A stretch of 35,184 bases of DNA, taken from IMG/VR virus record IMGVR_UViG_3300001346_000001; one strand, 5' to 3'. Below, piece by piece: positions 32,558 to 35,184 of the stretch; positions within the stretch are counted from its first letter, which is position 1, and the number at the start of each line of letters is the position of its first letter. The notes under the pieces were generated by a model. It was not told the origin of the DNA. It saw only the letters and a program-made list of their open reading frames with translations, and did no database searches. The stretch is from a virus. The position numbers and the translations under genes are program-made.

Positions 32558-32900
32558 TTTTTCCTTTCGCATTTTGATGTGGATATTTAGTTTTAAAATC
32601 TAACCATTGGAGAAACAGCGTAAATGTTTCCCAAGGTAGGACCGCCAGGGTCTTTTCATTATCATCTCTTACAAATAATAAGTCGGCATTATCTTGGCGT
32701 AATGCTTTGTATAAAGATGAGAAACCTTTTCTTCTTCTTTTACACTCAACAATTAAACCAGCGAATTGAACATCGCCTCGATACTTACCACCTAAAGCTC
32801 CAGATAGAGGAACCCGCTCACATTCGATACCTAGACCATTAATTAATTTAACAGTTTCGGTTTCGTATTGTGTGCCTTTTATTTTTGGTTTATTGACCAT
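32544..32900 (-). CDS. Hjc-like PD-(D/E)XK Holliday-junction resolvase/endonuclease
   Basis: GTQYETETVKLINGLGIECERVPLSGALGGKYRGDVQFAGLIVECKRRRKG follows the archaeal Hjc pattern (E ... G ... R ... SG ... D ... E-x-K). Start chosen at ATG 32900, preceded by GGAGGACCAA. Confidence 0.65.
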   Translation of the reverse strand: MVNKPKIKGTQYETETVKLINGLGIECERVPLSGALGGKYRGDVQFAGLIVECKRRRKGFSSLYKALRQDNADLLFVRDDNEKTLAVLPWETFTLFLQWLDFKTKYPHQNAKGKNDES

Positions 32901-33051
32901 TTGGTCCTCCATCCTGAAGATAATTCCGAACTAATTCATCAATTATTGAACTTTCTGAGCGTCTTAAATCATTTTTTTTTAATTTTAATAATTTACACAC
33001 ATCCTCTGAAAGGTGCAGATGCTTTGAGATTATTCGGTTTTTTTTATTCAT
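32890..33051 (-). CDS. Ribbon-helix-helix (CopG/Arc-like) DNA-binding protein, 53 aa (not in supplied track)
   Basis: Hand translation gives MNKKNRIISKHLHLSEDVCKLLKLKKNDLRRSESSIIDELVRNYLQDGGPNGQ. This reads as a beta-strand (RIISKHLHLS), helix A, and helix B ending in the typical ...L-x-x-Y-L. It is the first gene of the leftward arm and overlaps the next start by 11 nt. It has almost no leader. Confidence 0.55.
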   Translation of the reverse strand: MNKKNRIISKHLHLSEDVCKLLKLKKNDLRRSESSIIDELVRNYLQDGGPNGQ

Positions 33052-33062
33052 AATAAATTTTT

Positions 33063-33114
33063 TTTATAAAAAGTACCATTTAGGTATTGCAAAGGTACTA
33101 TAAATATGCATAAT
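33063..33114. promoter_or_regulatory. Candidate back-to-back divergent promoters sharing one palindromic -35 hexamer
   Basis: TTGCAA (33087-33092) is its own reverse complement.
- Rightward: 16-nt spacer, then CATAAT (33109-33114).
- Leftward: 18-nt spacer, then TATAAA (plus 33063-33068), only 11 nt from the RHH start codon.
- The 6-bp inverted repeat AGTACC (33072-33077) / GGTACT (33094-33099) places one arm in each spacer. Confidence 0.4.
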
Positions 33115-33243
33115 AATAATTGGAGTTAAATTAGATAGTTAATGAATAAAACAAAAACTTTGAAAAACACATTTAAATATCACCGAATTGGCCAAGAGGA
33201 AGTGCCAGGAAATCTTCCTAATTTTAAGCAAGGAGGTGAGTCT

Positions 33244-33486
33244 ATGGAATCTAAATTAGACTTACAAATAGTTCTTAATAGAGAACTAAAAAAGCTTATA
33301 GACCTACAAAAAAAAGTTTACAGCAAGCCTCACGAAGTAAGTGATGCTAGTGCTTTAGGTTTATTAGTTTCTAAAGCTTGTGAATGGCAAGGAGATAACA
33401 TATTCGATGTTGCTTGGACAGCATTTGAAGATTCTAACTACCATTCATTTAATACTAACTTTAAACAATTATGGGAGAAACAATAA
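33244..33486 (+). CDS. Hypothetical early protein (80 aa)
   Basis: ATG 33244 is preceded by AAGGAGGTGAGTCT. The track start 33142 lacks an SD and probably lies in the 5' UTR. No motif recognised. Confidence 0.5.
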   Translation: MESKLDLQIVLNRELKKLIDLQKKVYSKPHEVSDASALGLLVSKACEWQGDNIFDVAWTAFEDSNYHSFNTNFKQLWEKQ

Positions 33487-33765
33487 TTGAAACTACTAAC
33501 TAAACAAAACATAGCTCAATTAAGAGCTAATGCAAAAGCTAAAAAGCCAATAGCTTATGTTAAGTTGTTCAATCCAACCGGAGCGGGTACTTGGTACCTA
33601 TCTGAGCTGGATGAAAATAACATAGCTTATGGTGTAGCTGATGTAATTGAAAAAGAACTTGGTTATACATCTCTTGATGAACTAAGTGAGCTTAAATTGC
33701 CTTTCGGTCTAACGATAGAGAGGGATTTATATTTTAACCCAACACCTTTAGAGGAGGTTGCTTAA
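33487..33765 (+). CDS. DUF2958-family protein
   Basis: PIAYVKLFNPTGAGTWYLSELDENNIAYGVADV..ELGYTSLDELSELKLPFGLTIERDLYFNPTPLEEV follows the DUF2958 signature (F-x-P ... W-Y-x-x-E ... E-x-G-Y-x-S-L-x-E-L ... G-x-x-I-E-R-D-x-x-F-x-P). The start is a TTG directly after the upstream stop. Confidence 0.65.
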   Translation: MKLLTKQNIAQLRANAKAKKPIAYVKLFNPTGAGTWYLSELDENNIAYGVADVIEKELGYTSLDELSELKLPFGLTIERDLYFNPTPLEEVA

Positions 33766-33974
33766 TGAAACAATCTAAATCACTTGCTGTTTTACAAAAA
33801 GCATTACAAGACCAATTTCCACTTTATAAAGTTGGTTTGTTTGATGTCTTAGCTTTTGTAAAACAAAATGCAAAAGACTTGCCGGCAGAATTAAATGCCG
33901 AGTATAGAGAGCTTATAAATGATTTAAGCTCTGCAATGTTTAAACAATACCAAAAAGAAAAGGAGGTTTCTTAA
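33765..33974 (+). CDS. Hypothetical early protein (69 aa)
   Basis: TAATG coupling at both ends, with SD GAGGAGGTT embedded in the upstream gene end. Confidence 0.55.
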   Translation: MKQSKSLAVLQKALQDQFPLYKVGLFDVLAFVKQNAKDLPAELNAEYRELINDLSSAMFKQYQKEKEVS

Positions 33975-34219
33975 TGAAACAGAAATACTGTTTTACTAAA
34001 GTTCCGGAGCTAACAGCTGATGGAATGTTTAAAGATAAGTGGAGGGTTGCCAAAGTCGTGGAAAACGAACCTGGTTATACTCCGCTTGGTACCAAAGACC
34101 CATACTTTTTTGTTGGGTCGGCTGAATATGTCGAGAAAATAGTTAATACCTGGAATGAAAAACTTGGTGTTAACCTCGATAGAGAGCAAGAAATAGTAAT
34201 ATCAACAATGGAGTTTTAA
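33974..34219 (+). CDS. Hypothetical early protein (81 aa)
   Basis: TAATG coupling, with SD AAGGAGGTT embedded in the upstream gene end. No motif recognised. Confidence 0.55.
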   Translation: MKQKYCFTKVPELTADGMFKDKWRVAKVVENEPGYTPLGTKDPYFFVGSAEYVEKIVNTWNEKLGVNLDREQEIVISTMEF

Positions 34220-34250
34220 TGAGAATAAAAATAAATAAGGAGGTTAAATA

Positions 34251-34421
34251 ATGCCCAGAATAAAAATAAATACTAAATATCAATTTTATCTCGACAAACT
34301 TAGAGAGCTTAACTTAGATGACCTCGACAAAAGTTGGGATAAAGATAACTTTAATATGAAACTGCTGTTGGATGGAGTCCAATGGCAAATTGATAATTAT
34401 GGGAAAGGCAAGGTACTTTAA
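34251..34421 (+). CDS. Small hypothetical protein (56 aa, not in supplied track)
   Basis: MPRIKINTKYQFYLDKLRELNLDDLDKSWDKDNFNMKLLLDGVQWQIDNYGKGKVL. It starts at the TAATG of junction repeat 1. Confidence 0.45.
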   Translation: MPRIKINTKYQFYLDKLRELNLDDLDKSWDKDNFNMKLLLDGVQWQIDNYGKGKVL

Positions 34422-34423
34422 TA

Positions 34424-34549
34424 ATGGTTAAAAAAACAATAGTTTATAACACTAAACCGGACCCCATCGTTTCAATAAAAGAATATGAAATAGATGAGAA
34501 TGGTAAAAGAGTTTTAGTTAAACAAATAATAAATAAGGAGGTTAAATAA
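34424..34549 (+). CDS. Small hypothetical protein (41 aa, not in supplied track)
   Basis: MVKKTIVYNTKPDPIVSIKEYEIDENGKRVLVKQIINKEVK. It ends inside junction repeat 2. Confidence 0.4.
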   Translation: MVKKTIVYNTKPDPIVSIKEYEIDENGKRVLVKQIINKEVK

Positions 34550-34690
34550 ATGAGTAAAATTAGAGCTGATAAAGGTAAGTTCATAACTTATATAAGAATG
34601 TCCACCAACGAGCAAAGTAAATCCGGTTTAAGTTTAGATGCTCAAAGGACCGCTATTGAAAAATTTATTAAAGATAAGGAGGTTAAATAA
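34550..34690 (+). pseudogene. Truncated N-terminal remnant (46 codons) of a second serine recombinase
   Basis: MSKIRADKGKFITYIRMSTNEQSKSGLSLDAQRTAIEKFIKDKEVK is paralogous to residues about 17-57 of the intact recombinase (GKYVFYLRVSTKEQGKSGLGLEAQRTGCEKHLNG), including the catalytic Ser motif. It terminates in junction repeat 3. Confidence 0.65.
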
Positions 34691-35184
34691 ATGACCCGAA
34701 ACTTTAGGAAAAAAGATTTTGTTCCTGGAGAGGCTCATAAAGGTAAATATGTATTTTATCTAAGAGTATCTACCAAGGAGCAAGGTAAATCCGGGTTAGG
34801 TTTGGAGGCTCAAAGGACCGGATGCGAAAAGCATCTTAATGGTGGGCCTTGGGAAAAAATTGGTGAGTATGTTGAGATAGAGTCGGGTAGGGCGGCCAAT
34901 TTAAGGCGGCCTGAGCTGATGAAAGCTCTAGCTCATTGTAAAGCCACCGGAGCGATACTAATTGTTGCTAAATTAGATAGATTAGTTCGTAATGTATCTT
35001 TTTTAACTAAAATACTAGATTCAAAACAACCTTTTATAGCGGCTGATGTTCCAATGTTTCATAATCCGGCAACCAATAAATTTATGTTAGTTAATTTAGC
35101 TAATGTTGCTGAATATGAGGCCTCATTAATATCTGAGAGAACTAAAAACGCTTTAGCTGAGAGAAAAGCTCAAGGTGTTAAACT
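34691..35184 (+). CDS. Small serine recombinase, N-terminal catalytic part (runs off the window end; continues at 102..399)
   Basis: Hand translation gives MTRNFRKKDFVPGEAHKGKYVFYLRVSTKEQGKSGLGLEAQR...EIESGRAANLRRPEL...ILIVAKLDRLVRNVSF.... This shows the YxRVSTxxQ catalytic serine motif and the DRLxR motif. Total length across the junction is 263 aa. Confidence 0.9.
   Translation, partial: MTRNFRKKDFVPGEAHKGKYVFYLRVSTKEQGKSGLGLEAQRTGCEKHLNGGPWEKIGEYVEIESGRAANLRRPELMKALAHCKATGAILIVAKLDRLVRNVSFLTKILDSKQPFIAADVPMFHNPATNKFMLVNLANVAEYEASLISERTKNALAERKAQGVK
35084..35184. repeat. 101-nt terminal overlap identical to nt 1-101 (circular closure of the assembly)
   Basis: Direct comparison shows atgttagttaatttagctaatgttgctgaatatgagg...caaggtgttaaact at both ends. 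Confidence 0.95.

Larger units (their letters stand above)
34235..34690 (+). repeat. Three direct copies of the 17-nt junction ATAAGGAGGTTAAATAA (34235-34251, 34533-34549, 34674-34690)
   Basis: The 17-mers are exact and read directly from the sequence. Each supplies ...KEVK-stop to the upstream ORF, a consensus SD, and the start context of the next ORF. Confidence 0.9.

Noticed and set aside
33142-33243. Upstream extension of the first rightward ORF (track start 33142)
   Set aside because: There is no SD at 33142, whereas ATG 33244 has a consensus AAGGAGGTG. The segment is more likely a 5' UTR and contains a small AGGAAG/CTTCCT hairpin.
35084-35184. Possible biological direct terminal repeat (T7-like DTR)
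   Set aside because: The repeat lies inside the serine recombinase ORF and preserves its frame. It is more simply explained as an assembly circularisation overlap. This cannot be settled without reads.
1-35184. tRNA, rRNA or CRISPR arrays
   Set aside because: Reading the few non-coding and GC-richer stretches (2789-2853, 3250-3345, 21753-21959, 30025-30112, 32913-33243) showed no cloverleaf-compatible sequence, no conserved T-loop GTTCGAATC-like motif, and no regularly spaced repeat-spacer structure. This was a by-eye scan, not a tRNAscan or CRISPR-finder run.

Overview
This window is an AT-rich, gene-dense dsDNA phage genome that appears complete and closes on itself. Nt 1-101 are identical to nt 35084-35184, giving a unique length of 35,083 nt, and a small serine-recombinase ORF reads in frame through that junction.

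The genome has two divergent arms that start in a control region at about 32.9-33.25 kb.

- **Leftward arm (minus strand, 33051 down to 2854).** In order it encodes:
  - a 53-aa ribbon-helix-helix protein that is absent from the supplied ORF track
  - an Hjc-like resolvase
  - a possible gp2.5-like SSB
  - a TOPRIM + RepA-type primase-helicase
  - an iteron array
  - a protein ending in an SSB-like DDEIPF tail
  - a winged-helix initiator candidate
  - DUF3310
  - small and large terminase subunits with an XRE HTH gene between them
  - a GNAT-like gene
  - a podovirus-type portal, scaffold, capsid and tail proteins
  - a block of large internal-virion proteins carrying M15 peptidase, ParB-like and zeta-toxin-like kinase domains
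  - several tail-fibre-like genes, one of them collagen-like
  - small membrane (lysis-like) proteins
  - a stand-alone PD-(D/E)XK nuclease
- **Rightward arm (plus strand, 33244 through the junction to 2788).** In order it encodes:
  - tiny translationally coupled early genes, one of them DUF2958
  - a truncated serine-recombinase remnant
  - the intact serine recombinase
  - a MarR-like protein
  - a YqaJ-type exonuclease
  - a LexA-DNA-binding-domain-only protein

I saw no tRNA, rRNA, CRISPR array, reverse transcriptase, DNA polymerase or RNA polymerase.

The best candidates for something new are:

1. The enzyme-loaded ejection-protein block (peptidase + ParB-like + zeta-like kinase).
2. The early-gene cassette array bounded by a repeated 17-nt Shine-Dalgarno junction, with recombination scars next to the recombinase.
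3. A polymerase-less replication module that combines a TGTCCG iteron array with a non-SSB protein carrying an SSB C-terminal tail.
4. A compact divergent promoter switch sharing one palindromic -35 hexamer.

All family assignments come from motif recognition by eye. No database search, alignment statistic or structure prediction was run.
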